Assembly (NCBI GenBank): GCA_016182485.1
Contig: JACPGH010000003.1
Span: 70,331 to 134,330, forward strand
From: Candidatus Kaiserbacteria bacterium
GTDB lineage: Bacteria > Patescibacteriota > Minisyncoccia > Phycocordibacterales > Phycocordibacteraceae
Direction: 5' to 3'
DNA: 64,000 nucleotides
Under the pieces are notes generated by a model that saw only the letters and a program-made list of their open reading frames with translations, did no database searches and was not told the DNA's origin. Below are positions 9,586 through 18,808 of this stretch, one piece after another (within the stretch, counting starts at the first letter, position 1; each line of letters starts with the position of its first letter). Both the position numbers and the translations under genes were made by a program.

Positions 9586-9845
9586 GCCGAGATAGCTCAG
9601 CTGGTAGAGCAGCGCCATGGTGGGTCGCAAACCCTGCCCACGATTTTCGCAAGAAAATCGCGAATCCCGAATAACGGTCAATAGCTCCACGAGCCGAGAC
9701 CGTGGCCCGAGTCATTAGCGGGCCCGAACGACTGACAAGGGTGTCCCTTGCGGACAAAGATACAGTCTAGCCCTCTTTATGTGGTTAAAAAAAGAGGTGA
9801 AAGCGAAGGCGCAGGTCCCCGGTTCAATCCCGGGTCTCGGCTCCA
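9586..9845 (+). tRNA. tRNA-Thr (anticodon GGU) interrupted by a group I intron; encoded CCA
   Basis: 5' half GCCGAGA-TA-GCTC-AGCTGGTA-GAGC-A-GCGCC-ATGGT at 9586-9621; 3' half AA-GGCGC-AGGTC-CCCGG-TTCAATC-CCGGG-TCTCGGC-T-CCA at 9806-9845. The halves pair into a full cloverleaf only when 9622-9805 is removed. Confidence 0.6.
9622..9805 (+). ncRNA. putative group I self-splicing intron (184 nt) between anticodon positions 36 and 37
   Basis: 5' exon ends in U and the intron ends in G. Internal GACUG...AAAGAUACAGUCUAGCC resembles the group I P7/S elements (Tetrahymena AAGAUAUAGUC). No ORF inside. Confidence 0.5.
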
Positions 9846-9889
9846 AAATCAAACCCAAAGGAATTCCGCCGGCGGCAATGCAGATACAA

Positions 9890-11110
9890 CTACAATCCGA
9901 TGACCCGCATGAACTCTGCGGGAGTCGTGATGCCCTGCATCACTTTGTCTACCGCGATCTGACGCATGGCCGGATGCACTTTTGTTTTAAGCAGATCGCG
10001 CAGAGAAACAGCCGGATTGCTCTGCATCACATTCTCCTTTATCTCATCGTCGAAATGAACGACTTCGAATAGGCCGGTACGGCCGGCGTAGCCGGTACCG
10101 TGGCAAACTTCGCATCCTTTCCCGCGTTTGAGCATATATTCCCCTGCAGGCAATCCAAGAAGCTTTAGATCGCTTTCGATCGCAGGTACGTCTTCAGCGC
10201 AGGCGCTGCATATCTTGCGTACGAGCCGCGAAGAAATAACGCCGGTAAGCGCGTGCGAGACAACCGAGCGCGGGATGCCCATTTCTATCAGGCGGATGAT
10301 TATTCCGGGTATGTCAAAAGTATGGAATGTCGAGAAAACCAAACGGCCGGTCAATGCCGCCTGAAACGTCATCATTGCTGTTTCCGAATCGCGGATCTCG
10401 CCGAGCATTATGATGTCCGGATCTTGGCGCACGATTGCCCGCATGCCTTTTGCGAAACTCCACCCGATGGTCTCGTTAACTTGCATTTGGCGAAAGTCAG
10501 GAATTTGGTATTCGATCGGGTCTTCTAGTGTTATGATATTAAGCTGGGTATTATTGAGCGTTCGCAGGAATAGATACAATAGCGTCGTTTTGCCGCTCCC
10601 CATCGGCCCCGTGATGATAATAATCCCGTATGGGGAATAAATAATTTTCTTTACAGTTTCAAGCTGCTCCGGCGTAAAGCCAATGTTGTCCATAGTTTCT
10701 GCCACGCTGTTTCGATTCAACAGGCGTAGCACGACTGCCTCGCCATAAACCGTCGGAGTTGTCGACACGCGAAAGCCGACCACTTGATTGCTCTGCGGAT
10801 AGAGAAATTCGAAATGTCCGTCCTGCGGCATGCGTTTTTCGACGATATCCATCTTCGCCGAAACTTTGATAAGCGAGGTGACGGATTCGGGCGAGACTTT
10901 TTCGAACTGGCCGAGCGTGTACAGTAACCCATCGACGCGTATGCGTGCTACCATGCCGTTTGGAACCGGATCGAGATGAATGTCAGAGGCACCGAGCATC
11001 ACTGCCTGCTCTAAAATGCCTTCCAACACCGCGGAGGGATCATCGGAATGCAAGGTCATTGATTGTTCAGGTTGGGCGAGTGTAATTTCCATAGGGATAA
11101 ATGATACCAC
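9890..11110 (-). CDS. GspE/PilB-family secretion or pilus assembly ATPase
   Basis: Walker A GPMGSGKTT, Asp/His boxes, tetra-Cys motif CSAC...CEVCHGTG typical of GspE/PilB. Confidence 0.75.
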   Translation of the reverse strand: MVSFIPMEITLAQPEQSMTLHSDDPSAVLEGILEQAVMLGASDIHLDPVPNGMVARIRVDGLLYTLGQFEKVSPESVTSLIKVSAKMDIVEKRMPQDGHFEFLYPQSNQVVGFRVSTTPTVYGEAVVLRLLNRNSVAETMDNIGFTPEQLETVKKIIYSPYGIIIITGPMGSGKTTLLYLFLRTLNNTQLNIITLEDPIEYQIPDFRQMQVNETIGWSFAKGMRAIVRQDPDIIMLGEIRDSETAMMTFQAALTGRLVFSTFHTFDIPGIIIRLIEMGIPRSVVSHALTGVISSRLVRKICSACAEDVPAIESDLKLLGLPAGEYMLKRGKGCEVCHGTGYAGRTGLFEVVHFDDEIKENVMQSNPAVSLRDLLKTKVHPAMRQIAVDKVMQGITTPAEFMRVIGL

Positions 11111-11217
11111 TCAGAATAGCTGTTCCCGGTCAATCCACAGGCCTGGAATTCTGTGCAGCAATGGCCGTAATAGAAAGCACTTGCTCAATAATGATCTGTG
11201 TTATATTTTTGCAGTCC

Positions 11218-11293
11218 GCCGCCCTAGCTCAGATGGTAGAGCATCGCATTCGTAACGCGAAGGTCCGGAGTTCGATTCTCCGGGGCGGCTCCA
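11218..11293 (+). tRNA. tRNA-Thr (anticodon CGU) with encoded CCA
   Basis: GCCGCCC acceptor, GCTC/GAGC D-arm, anticodon loop TTCGTAA, T-arm CGGAG-TTCGATT-CTCCG, GGGCGGC-T-CCA. Confidence 0.7.
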
Positions 11294-11344
11294 AAATTCT
11301 ACGTATTAAAGCGAAATGCGGGCTGCAGCGGTCGAAACCGACTG

Positions 11345-11797
11345 TCAGCCCGCACTTTTGAGAGCCCGCGTGCCGCACCACCGCATCGCTTCGTCGATGA
11401 GAACTCGGTGCGGCTCGAGAACATCCTTCATGAGCCGGACAGCCTCATGTCCGAAGGTCGCGACGATGGTCGGCTGTCCGTCCTCATCACCTACGAGCGC
11501 GTGCTCGTTCAGCTTCTCTTCCGAGACGCAGGCGATGCATAGGAATGGCCGATATGCCGCTCCCCGTTGCTCCACTGAATGGAGGGTGAGTCCCGAGAGC
11601 TCAAGACCGGCTTCCTCAAGGACCTCACGGCGGGCGGCTTCGATAATGCTCTCCCCCTGAGAGACGGAGCCGCCGGGCAGCTTCCACATAGCCCCCGACC
11701 GGTGCGCTTCCTTCACGAGCAGAATGCGCGTCGGAGATAATACACAGGTCATGACTGCGCCGCGGTCGGGTCCGCGTGCGATTGCCATCTGGCTCAC
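11345..11797 (-). CDS. NUDIX hydrolase
   Basis: Nudix box GGSVSQGESIIEAARREVLEEAGL. Confidence 0.65.
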   Translation of the reverse strand: MSQMAIARGPDRGAVMTCVLSPTRILLVKEAHRSGAMWKLPGGSVSQGESIIEAARREVLEEAGLELSGLTLHSVEQRGAAYRPFLCIACVSEEKLNEHALVGDEDGQPTIVATFGHEAVRLMKDVLEPHRVLIDEAMRWCGTRALKSAG

Positions 11798-11877
11798 CTC
11801 CTCTCGATCGCACGAATGTACAGCCGATTATAATTATACTATCTGTCAATAAGATTGTCCACTATGTGCCAAAAACG

Positions 11878-11886
11878 TGGTATAAT
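11878..11886 (+). promoter_or_regulatory. extended -10 promoter element (TGgTATAAT) for prfB
   Basis: TGGTATAAT ends 8 nt upstream of the prfB ATG, implying a very short or absent leader. Confidence 0.35.
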
Positions 11887-11894
11887 CTAGGTCT

Positions 11895-12776
11895 ATGGCC
11901 AACAGGGAAGAGAGGCTCAAGGAGCTCGAAGCGATGATGGCGTCGCCCGATTTTTGGCTGGATAAAGGGACGGCACAGGCCCTCGTGCAGGAATACCAGA
12001 GCTTAAAGGCGGGTCCGCCGGCTGGCGGAGGCGACCCGCACGACAGCGGAAATGCGACTCTCGCTATCCTCGCTGGTGCCGGCGGCGACGATGCCGAGGA
12101 TTTCGCGCGGATGCTTCGGCGCATGTACGAAGGCTACGCGGGGAAGAAAGGGTGGCGGGTTCGGGAGCTACATGCCAACGAGAACGACCATGGCGGTTAT
12201 CGCAACTTGCTGCTTGAGATTTCGGGCGCCGGCGCCTACGGGCGTTTAAAGCACGAGGCGGGAGTGCATCGGCTCGTACGCCAGTCGCCATTCAATGCGA
12301 ACGCGAAGCGCCAGACTTCTTTCACGCTCGTCGAAGTGCTCCCTGAAGTGCTTCCAACAGAAAACATCCAACTACCAACAGAAGAACTTGAGATACAGTT
12401 CGCGCGCTCGGGCGGCGCGGGCGGCCAGAACGTCAATAAGCGCGAAACGGCGGTGCGCATCCTCCATAAGCCGACCAATGTCTCCGCGCATGTCTCGAGC
12501 GAGCGCAGTCAGCTCGCCAATCGCGAGAAGGCGCTTGAGCTTATCAAGGCTAAATTGTTCGCGCGCCGCGAAGCGGCGCGCGAAGCGGAGCAGAAGGGGC
12601 GCTCGGTGGCCGCGACCACAGCCAACGAGTGGGGCAGCCAGATCCGCTCCTACGTCCTCCATCCTTACAAAATGGTCAAGGACCACCGTACGGAGCACGA
12701 ATCGCACGATCCCGACTCGGTCCTCGCCGGCGATCTGGACGAATTTGTAGACGCCGCCGTGGCGGGTGCGTTATAA
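11895..12776 (+). CDS. prfB: peptide chain release factor 2 (short form, no frameshift site)
   Basis: SPF tripeptide (RF2-specific) and GGQ motif; 293 aa contiguous ORF, N-terminal domain shortened relative to E. coli RF2. Confidence 0.8.
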   Translation: MANREERLKELEAMMASPDFWLDKGTAQALVQEYQSLKAGPPAGGGDPHDSGNATLAILAGAGGDDAEDFARMLRRMYEGYAGKKGWRVRELHANENDHGGYRNLLLEISGAGAYGRLKHEAGVHRLVRQSPFNANAKRQTSFTLVEVLPEVLPTENIQLPTEELEIQFARSGGAGGQNVNKRETAVRILHKPTNVSAHVSSERSQLANREKALELIKAKLFARREAAREAEQKGRSVAATTANEWGSQIRSYVLHPYKMVKDHRTEHESHDPDSVLAGDLDEFVDAAVAGAL

Positions 12777-12832
12777 TCTAATTGCATGTTTTCTTTCCAG
12801 TCACTAGTCTCCGGCCTCTAGTTCTCTAGGGT

Positions 12833-13510
12833 ATGATCTATTTCGACAAGGTTACGAAGCGCTACGGAGACGCTATTGCGCTCGAGGACATTACTCTCTC
12901 GGTCGCCCCGAAGGAATTCGTCTCGATAGTCGGGCACTCCGGAGCGGGCAAAACAACGCTCCTGAAGCTTCTATTGGCCGAAGAACGCCCATCGGACGGC
13001 TCGGTATTTTTCGAGTCGATCAACGTGAACGACCTGCCATCGTCCGCCCTGCACCATTATCGCCGCAAGATAGGCATGGTATTTCAGGATTTCCGCCTCA
13101 TTCCGAACAAGACTGCCTACGAGAACATCGCATTCGCAATGGAGGCCATCGGTCGCACCGACGACGAGATCGCGAGCGACGTCCCGTACATCCTCGAGCT
13201 CGTCAATCTGGGCGACAAGGCCCGGCACTTCCCGGACCAGCTCTCGGGCGGCGAGAAGCAGCGCATCGCGATCGGGCGGGCCATCATCAACCAGCCGGAT
13301 CTGGTGGTGGCCGATGAGCCGACGGGCAACCTCGACCCCATCAACGCGTATGAGGTTGTGGAGATCCTGAAGAAGATAAACGAGCTCGGCACGACTATCA
13401 TCATCACTACGCACAATAAGGGCATCGTGGACGCAGTCGGCAAGCGCGTCGTCACCATGGATCGGGGGAAGGTAGTGCGCGATGATGCGAAAGGCAAGTA
13501 TGTCTTGTAG
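12833..13510 (+). CDS. ftsE: cell-division ABC ATPase FtsE
   Basis: Walker A GHSGAGKTT, ABC signature LSGGEKQR, Walker B LVVADEPTGNLD. Confidence 0.85.
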   Translation: MIYFDKVTKRYGDAIALEDITLSVAPKEFVSIVGHSGAGKTTLLKLLLAEERPSDGSVFFESINVNDLPSSALHHYRRKIGMVFQDFRLIPNKTAYENIAFAMEAIGRTDDEIASDVPYILELVNLGDKARHFPDQLSGGEKQRIAIGRAIINQPDLVVADEPTGNLDPINAYEVVEILKKINELGTTIIITTHNKGIVDAVGKRVVTMDRGKVVRDDAKGKYVL

Positions 13511-13520
13511 AATCAGCCTA

Positions 13521-13656
13521 TGCCCGGTAGGACAACATGGCATCGTATCTTCGCTCCCAGCAATTGTGGAAAGCACCAGTGGCCGGCTATTATTAGATGT
13601 AATGAGCATTGCCGAACAGTTGATACGAGGAGCAATGCCATGTTGTCCTAACCGGG
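13521..13656. repeat. long-range inverted repeat in the ftsE-ftsX spacer
   Basis: CCGGTAGGACAACATGGCAT at 13521-13541 pairs with ATGCCATGTTGTCCTAACCGG at 13634-13656 (about 20 bp stem, about 90-nt loop). Confidence 0.4.
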
Positions 13657-13657
13657 T

Positions 13658-14584
13658 ATGAACTGGATGGTGATGCGGCGCGTGCTGGGGAGCGGAGCGA
13701 AGAACTTCGCGCGCGGCGGCGCCGTCTCGGCGGCTACCGTACTAATCATGACCGTGACGCTCGGCATCATCGGTTCCCTGATCTTCCTCTCCGCCCTGCT
13801 CTCCTACACGCTAACCATCATCAAAGACAAGGTGGACGTGACTGCATATTTCATCACGACGGCGGCCGAAGGAGAGATCCTCGGAGTGAAAGAGCAGCTC
13901 GAGAAACTGCCGCAGGTGCGCAGCGTTTCTTACTCCTCCGCCGAAGAGAATCTCGCCTCCTTCCGCGCCCGGCACGCCACCGACCAGCTGACGCTCCAGG
14001 CCCTCGATGAGCTCGGCGGCAACCCGCTCTCCGCCTCGCTTGAGGTGCGCGCCAAGGATCCCTCCGAATACGAGAGCATCGTCAATTTTCTGGAAGCCTC
14101 GCCTACGCTCTCGGCGGGCGGAGCTTCGATCATCAGCCGCGTTAATTACTGGCAGAATAAGGAAGTTATCGATCGGCTCACGTTAGCTATTCGGGCGACC
14201 CGCGATATAGGATTCGCGGTGGTCACCCTCTTCGCCATAGCTTCGATCCTTATTGCCTTCGCGACCATCCGGCTCGCGATATATACCGCGCGCGATGAGA
14301 TCGCCGTCATGCGGCTCATGGGCGCCTCTAATTCCTACATTAGGGGGCCGTTCGTAGTCACAGGGGTCATCACGGGCGTAATCGCCTCAATTCTCATACT
14401 TATCATCTTCTGGCCTCTCTCCTGGTATGCCGGCGTAAAGACGTCTAACTGGTTCAACGGCTTCAATGTCGCGCAATATTACGGCAGACATTTCGTCCTC
14501 TTCTTCTCCGTGCTCGTAAGCTCGGGCATGGTACTCGGCGCGATCGCGTCGATATTTGCTATCCGCAAGTACCTGAAGGTTTGA
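13658..14584 (+). CDS. ftsX: cell-division permease-like protein FtsX
   Basis: Follows ftsE; N-terminal TM, periplasmic domain, three C-terminal TM helices. Confidence 0.7.
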   Translation: MNWMVMRRVLGSGAKNFARGGAVSAATVLIMTVTLGIIGSLIFLSALLSYTLTIIKDKVDVTAYFITTAAEGEILGVKEQLEKLPQVRSVSYSSAEENLASFRARHATDQLTLQALDELGGNPLSASLEVRAKDPSEYESIVNFLEASPTLSAGGASIISRVNYWQNKEVIDRLTLAIRATRDIGFAVVTLFAIASILIAFATIRLAIYTARDEIAVMRLMGASNSYIRGPFVVTGVITGVIASILILIIFWPLSWYAGVKTSNWFNGFNVAQYYGRHFVLFFSVLVSSGMVLGAIASIFAIRKYLKV

Positions 14585-16323
14585 GGGGTATGGCGCGCGA
14601 CGGACATAAGTACATATTCGTCTTAGGCGGGGTGATGAGCGGCGTAGGGAAGGGGGTCGCAGTCAGCTCGATCGGCCTGATTCTCGAGCAGAGCGGCCAC
14701 CCGGTAAATCTGGTGAAGATAGATCCCTATCTCAACGTAGACGCCGGCACGATGAATCCCACCGAGCACGGCGAAGTGTTCGTCTTAAAGAGCGGGCTCG
14801 AGACAGACCAGGACATGGGCAATTACGAGCGGTTTCTCGGCCGCGATCTCACGAACGACGACTACATGACGAGCGGCATGGTCTACCAGGCCGTTATCAA
14901 CCGCGAGCGCGCGCTGGGCTATGGTGGCAAATGCGTGGAGGCGATTCCGCACATCCGAGATGAGATCATCCGCCGCATCGAAGCGGCGGCTTCGTATAAC
15001 GGCAGTCGCATCTCGGTCATCGAGATCGGCGGAACGATCGGCGATTTCCAGAACGCGCTCTTTATCGAGGCGGCGCGGGTACTCAAAATGCAGCGCCCAG
15101 AGGACGTGTTGTTCGTCATGGTTTCGTATCTGCCGACCCCTGGCACTCTGGGAGAGATGAAAACGAAGCCGACGCAGACGGCCGTCCGGGATCTCAATTC
15201 CTACGGCGTACAGCCGGATTTCATTATCGCGCGCTCCAAGGAGCCGGTGGACGAGAAGCGCAAGGAGAAACTCGCGATCTGGTGCAACGTCCGCAAGGAT
15301 CATGTGATCTCGGCACCGGATATCAAGTCTATTTACGAGGCGCCGCTCAACTTCGAGAAGGACAAGATCGGCGAGATGTTACTCGAGGCGCTTCATTTAA
15401 ACAGCGCGAAGAAGCCGAATCTCTCCAAATGGAGCAAATTCGTGAAGGCGGCCATGAACAAGACTGCGCCGGAAGTCTCGATCGCGATAGTGGGAAAATA
15501 TTTTGATACGGGCGATTTCGTGCTCTCGGACGCGTACCTGTCGGTCATCGAGGCAATAAAATTCTCGGCCGCGGCGCTCGGCCAGCGAGCGAAGATAAGC
15601 TGGGTCAATTCAAAAGATATTGAAAAAGCCTGCCTGCCGGCAGGCAGGGGCGGCGCGAAGGCGCTCGCGGCACTGGCCGGCTATCACGGCATTATAGTGC
15701 CGGGCGGCTTCGGCGAGAGCGGGATAGAAGGGAAGATCAGGGCCATTCAATACGCGCGCGAGCACAAAATCCCTTACTTCGGCCTCTGCTACGGGATGCA
15801 GCTCATGGTGATCGAATATGCGCGCCATGTCCTCGGTTTGAAGCGCGCGCACACTACTGAAATCCAGAAAAATTCCGAAGATCCTATAGTAGACGTGATG
15901 CTCGAGCAGAAGAAGCATTTAGCCGATAACAAGTACGGCGGCACCATGCGGCTCGGCTCCTATCCGGCCTACCTCAAGAAGGGGACGATGGCGCGCGCGG
16001 CGTATAAGAAAGAGCTTATCGAAGAGCGACACCGCCATCGCTACGAGATCAATCCGGCCTATGTGAAAAAGCTCGAGGCGGCCGGCCTCGTCTTCTCCGG
16101 CACTTCACCGGACGGCGTACTCATGGAGATAGCGGAATTGCCGCGTGCGGAGCATCCCTTCATGCTCGGGACGCAATTCCACCCCGAGCTCCAGGCGCGC
16201 CCGCTCGCGCCGCACCCGCTCTTCACAGAATTCCTGAAAGCGGCAGTCGCGCAGAAAAAGAAAAAGCATTTGGTATCAGCAGTCGTTAGGAAAGCTGTCG
16301 GGAGACTTGCGAGAAAGAAATAA
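14581..16323 (+). CDS. pyrG: CTP synthase
   Basis: N-terminal KYIFVLGGVMSGVGKG, C-terminal GATase with GLCYGMQ; overlaps ftsX stop by 4 nt. Confidence 0.9.
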   Translation: MRGMARDGHKYIFVLGGVMSGVGKGVAVSSIGLILEQSGHPVNLVKIDPYLNVDAGTMNPTEHGEVFVLKSGLETDQDMGNYERFLGRDLTNDDYMTSGMVYQAVINRERALGYGGKCVEAIPHIRDEIIRRIEAAASYNGSRISVIEIGGTIGDFQNALFIEAARVLKMQRPEDVLFVMVSYLPTPGTLGEMKTKPTQTAVRDLNSYGVQPDFIIARSKEPVDEKRKEKLAIWCNVRKDHVISAPDIKSIYEAPLNFEKDKIGEMLLEALHLNSAKKPNLSKWSKFVKAAMNKTAPEVSIAIVGKYFDTGDFVLSDAYLSVIEAIKFSAAALGQRAKISWVNSKDIEKACLPAGRGGAKALAALAGYHGIIVPGGFGESGIEGKIRAIQYAREHKIPYFGLCYGMQLMVIEYARHVLGLKRAHTTEIQKNSEDPIVDVMLEQKKHLADNKYGGTMRLGSYPAYLKKGTMARAAYKKELIEERHRHRYEINPAYVKKLEAAGLVFSGTSPDGVLMEIAELPRAEHPFMLGTQFHPELQARPLAPHPLFTEFLKAAVAQKKKKHLVSAVVRKAVGRLARKK

Positions 16324-17272
16324 TCGTATCATGTATGATCCCTCGAAGCCCTATAAGCGCAAGATACTCCGATTGAACAAAAGTACCTGGCAAACGCCGT
16401 ACGTTTCGATACGCGCCGGCACCTACCCGGTCATTACTAAGAAATTCAAAGGTCCGGAAGTCCATCATTCCGATGGCATCGGAACAAAGGGCGTCTACCA
16501 CTGGCGCAAAAGAAGTTTCAAGAATGCGGTTATTGACGCGTTTGCAATGAACGCGAACGATATCGCGATGGCTGGAGCCATACCATACGGGCTCCAAGAC
16601 CACATTGTCGTGCCAGAGGTGGGGGAGCGGGCTATATTGGAGATTATTCGAGCGCTTACCGCACTGTGCCGCAAATATAAGGTCGCGATCACGGGCGGCG
16701 AGACATCCCATCATGACAATGTGGAGGCGCTTGATATCGGCATCGTTATGGCAAGCTTCCTTCCGAAGCCGCGAACCAATCGTTTTAAGCGCGGCGACGT
16801 TCTGATCGGTTTGGAAAGCTCCGGCCTTCATTCGAACGGCTTTACGAAAGTGCGCGGCCTATTCGGTAAGAATGAATGGCGCGCTGATTTTATCCGGCCG
16901 ACTAGCATCTATCTCGATACGATCCGCGGATTTCTCAAGAAATACGAGATACACGGCATGATGCATATCACCGGCGGGGCCTTCACGAAGCTCAAGGATT
17001 TGCTCAAAGACGCAGATGCCATTATAAGCCACCCGAGCAAACTTCAGCCCCACGCCATATTCCGCGAACTTTTCGAGCGGGGCGTTTCAGACAAGCAGAT
17101 GTACACGACCTTTAACTGTGGCATCGGTTTCGTGCTTTCAGTTCCCGAACGCGAAGCGGCAGAGATCATCATGAAAACAAGAAATGCGGCCGTGATCGGC
17201 AAGATAGTGTCAGGCAACGGCCTTGTTCGGATCCAATCGGCCTTCACGGGCAAGACAGTCATCATCTTGTGA
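16307..17272 (+). CDS. PurM-like (AIR synthase-related) protein
   Basis: DGIGTKG motif of the PurM N-domain; length 321 aa. Confidence 0.55.
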   Translation: MRERNNRIMYDPSKPYKRKILRLNKSTWQTPYVSIRAGTYPVITKKFKGPEVHHSDGIGTKGVYHWRKRSFKNAVIDAFAMNANDIAMAGAIPYGLQDHIVVPEVGERAILEIIRALTALCRKYKVAITGGETSHHDNVEALDIGIVMASFLPKPRTNRFKRGDVLIGLESSGLHSNGFTKVRGLFGKNEWRADFIRPTSIYLDTIRGFLKKYEIHGMMHITGGAFTKLKDLLKDADAIISHPSKLQPHAIFRELFERGVSDKQMYTTFNCGIGFVLSVPEREAAEIIMKTRNAAVIGKIVSGNGLVRIQSAFTGKTVIIL

Positions 17273-17294
17273 TCGCTTATAATATGATGGACTT

Positions 17295-17603
17295 ATGGCA
17301 CTCGAAGTAGAGGCAAAGTTCCTCCATATCGATCCGCAAGATATTTCGCAGAAGCTTGAGGCTAGAGGAGCAGAGTTTCTGGGGGAACAACTTTTCAGCT
17401 CGACCACGTTCGATTTTCCCGGTTTTCCGCTCGATAAAAAGGCGGCTTGGATTCGGTTGCGCAAGGAGGGCGATAGAGTGAAGCTCGCATATAAACAGCG
17501 CCTCGCGCGGCTCAAGAGCTGGGAATTGAACCGGCGAACAAGCACATCTGTTCGGCCACGCAAGTGTATGAGCTCGCCGGCATCCGCGATAAGGATTTTA
17601 TAA
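17295..17603 (+). CDS. CYTH-like domain fragment (possibly truncated)
   Basis: N-terminal LEVEAKF resembles the CYTH EXEXK start, but ORF is only 102 aa. Confidence 0.3.
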   Translation: MALEVEAKFLHIDPQDISQKLEARGAEFLGEQLFSSTTFDFPGFPLDKKAAWIRLRKEGDRVKLAYKQRLARLKSWELNRRTSTSVRPRKCMSSPASAIRIL

Positions 17604-18068
17604 AGATGACGTTCTCCGAGTGGGTTCTGCGCGAACCTTCGTAATCCTCGATACGTTCCTTACGGTGATCCAGGCGGACATCGCGCCGAAACCGGATTTG
17701 TCGATATCGAACGGCTTTACCGATCGCGAATTTTCTAAAAAGACAAGCAGACAGTATTTTTTATTCTTGAATCTCTCATAAAAACTCGAAAGACTTCTCC
17801 TCTCGAGCCCGTCTGCTTTGCCGTAAATTCTTAATATCTCTTTCACGCGCGCCGGTGTCAAGTCAGCAAATTGCAGCACTTTTTTGACCGTGCTTTTGAG
17901 AGTGATCGGTTCGCCGGAATTCTTGAAATAAACCGTATCTCCCGCTTTTATCCTATCCCACGGCGCGCAGCGCATGGCATACCACCTGGATTCTATCTTT
18001 TTCTCGCCTGATAGAATTTTTTCAGTAAGCCCCCAGGACTTACGCATGATCGCGATGTGTTTCATCAT
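17598..18068 (-). CDS. ASCH/PUA-like domain protein
   Basis: ILSGEKKIESRW motif resembles the ASCH GxKxxExR signature. Confidence 0.4.
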   Translation of the reverse strand: MMKHIAIMRKSWGLTEKILSGEKKIESRWYAMRCAPWDRIKAGDTVYFKNSGEPITLKSTVKKVLQFADLTPARVKEILRIYGKADGLERRSLSSFYERFKNKKYCLLVFLENSRSVKPFDIDKSGFGAMSAWITVRNVSRITKVRAEPTRRTSSL

Positions 18069-18104
18069 CCCTTATGATAATCTGCTTTTATAGGCGAACA
18101 TACC

Positions 18105-18650
18105 ATGGAGAAATTCAGACGAGAGTCATATATGGGGAAAAATATTGAGCCGCTCGGCGAAGGGAGGGAAAAGGAAGTGTTCGTCTCGCCGAACGATCCC
18201 GACAAGGTCGTGGGGATCATGAAAGAATCCGCAGAAAGCGCGGAAGAGGCGAAAGCGGAGTTTTATCTGACCAAGATATTGCATCTCCTGCATCCTGAGC
18301 TGGTGCCCGATATATCCGCACGAACGACGGAACCGAACGCCGTCGAGCGGGAGCGCGTGTTCGGAGGCGAGAGCACATTCAGGCAAAATGACGCCGTGAA
18401 AGACGGGCTCTTTGCGCTCGGCGTAAAGCTCGACAGTAAGCCAAGCAACTATATCGCCGAAGCGGATAAGCCGGCGCGTTACGTGGATACCGTTAAAACC
18501 TGGCTTAGGAACGGGGAGCGCAATTACGACCCGGATAAGATCAGAGAAGCTGTCGCCGCGCTTCCCGAGCCGGATAGGGCGGGCGCGCTCGCATATCTGG
18601 CAAGGCTCGAGGCCCTGCACGCCGCGCGATTTCCTGCGGATACAGTATGA
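18105..18650 (+). CDS. hypothetical protein
   Basis: 181-aa ORF with protein-like composition; overlapping minus-strand ORF is Arg-rich and judged spurious. Confidence 0.35.
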   Translation: MEKFRRESYMGKNIEPLGEGREKEVFVSPNDPDKVVGIMKESAESAEEAKAEFYLTKILHLLHPELVPDISARTTEPNAVERERVFGGESTFRQNDAVKDGLFALGVKLDSKPSNYIAEADKPARYVDTVKTWLRNGERNYDPDKIREAVAALPEPDRAGALAYLARLEALHAARFPADTV

Positions 18651-18685
18651 AAAACGGAAAAAAGAAAAGCGGATATGTTGCACAG

Positions 18686-18730
18686 ACATATCAAAGATAA
18701 TAGACGACCGTCGCGTATCTTTGATATGCA
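18686..18730. repeat. palindromic motif copy A (CATATCAAAGATA...TATCTTTGATATG)
   Basis: Perfect 13-bp inverted repeat around a GACGACCGTCG core; a related copy occurs at 53430-53476. Confidence 0.45.
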
Positions 18731-18771
18731 GTTTCCGGAAGTGGGGACTTAAAATATCCGTAAATTTGAAC

Positions 18772-18794
18772 CGCCCGCGCCGGAGGCGCGGGCG
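18772..18794. terminator. GC hairpin between convergent genes
   Basis: CGCCCGCGCC-gga-GGCGCGGGCG. Confidence 0.4.
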
Positions 18795-18808
18795 AGTGAA
18801 TCGGCCGG

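Noticed and set aside
9487-9757. Minus-strand ORFs over the intron-containing tRNA (peptide contains LYQLSYL)
   Set aside because: LYQLSY is the well-known reverse-frame translation of a tRNA D-arm (GCTCAGCTGGTAGAGCA). The region is an RNA gene.
11895-11990. Programmed +1 frameshift site expected in prfB
   Set aside because: The ORF is contiguous from an ATG with a promoter directly upstream. No CUU UGA-type shifty site or upstream partial ORF is present.
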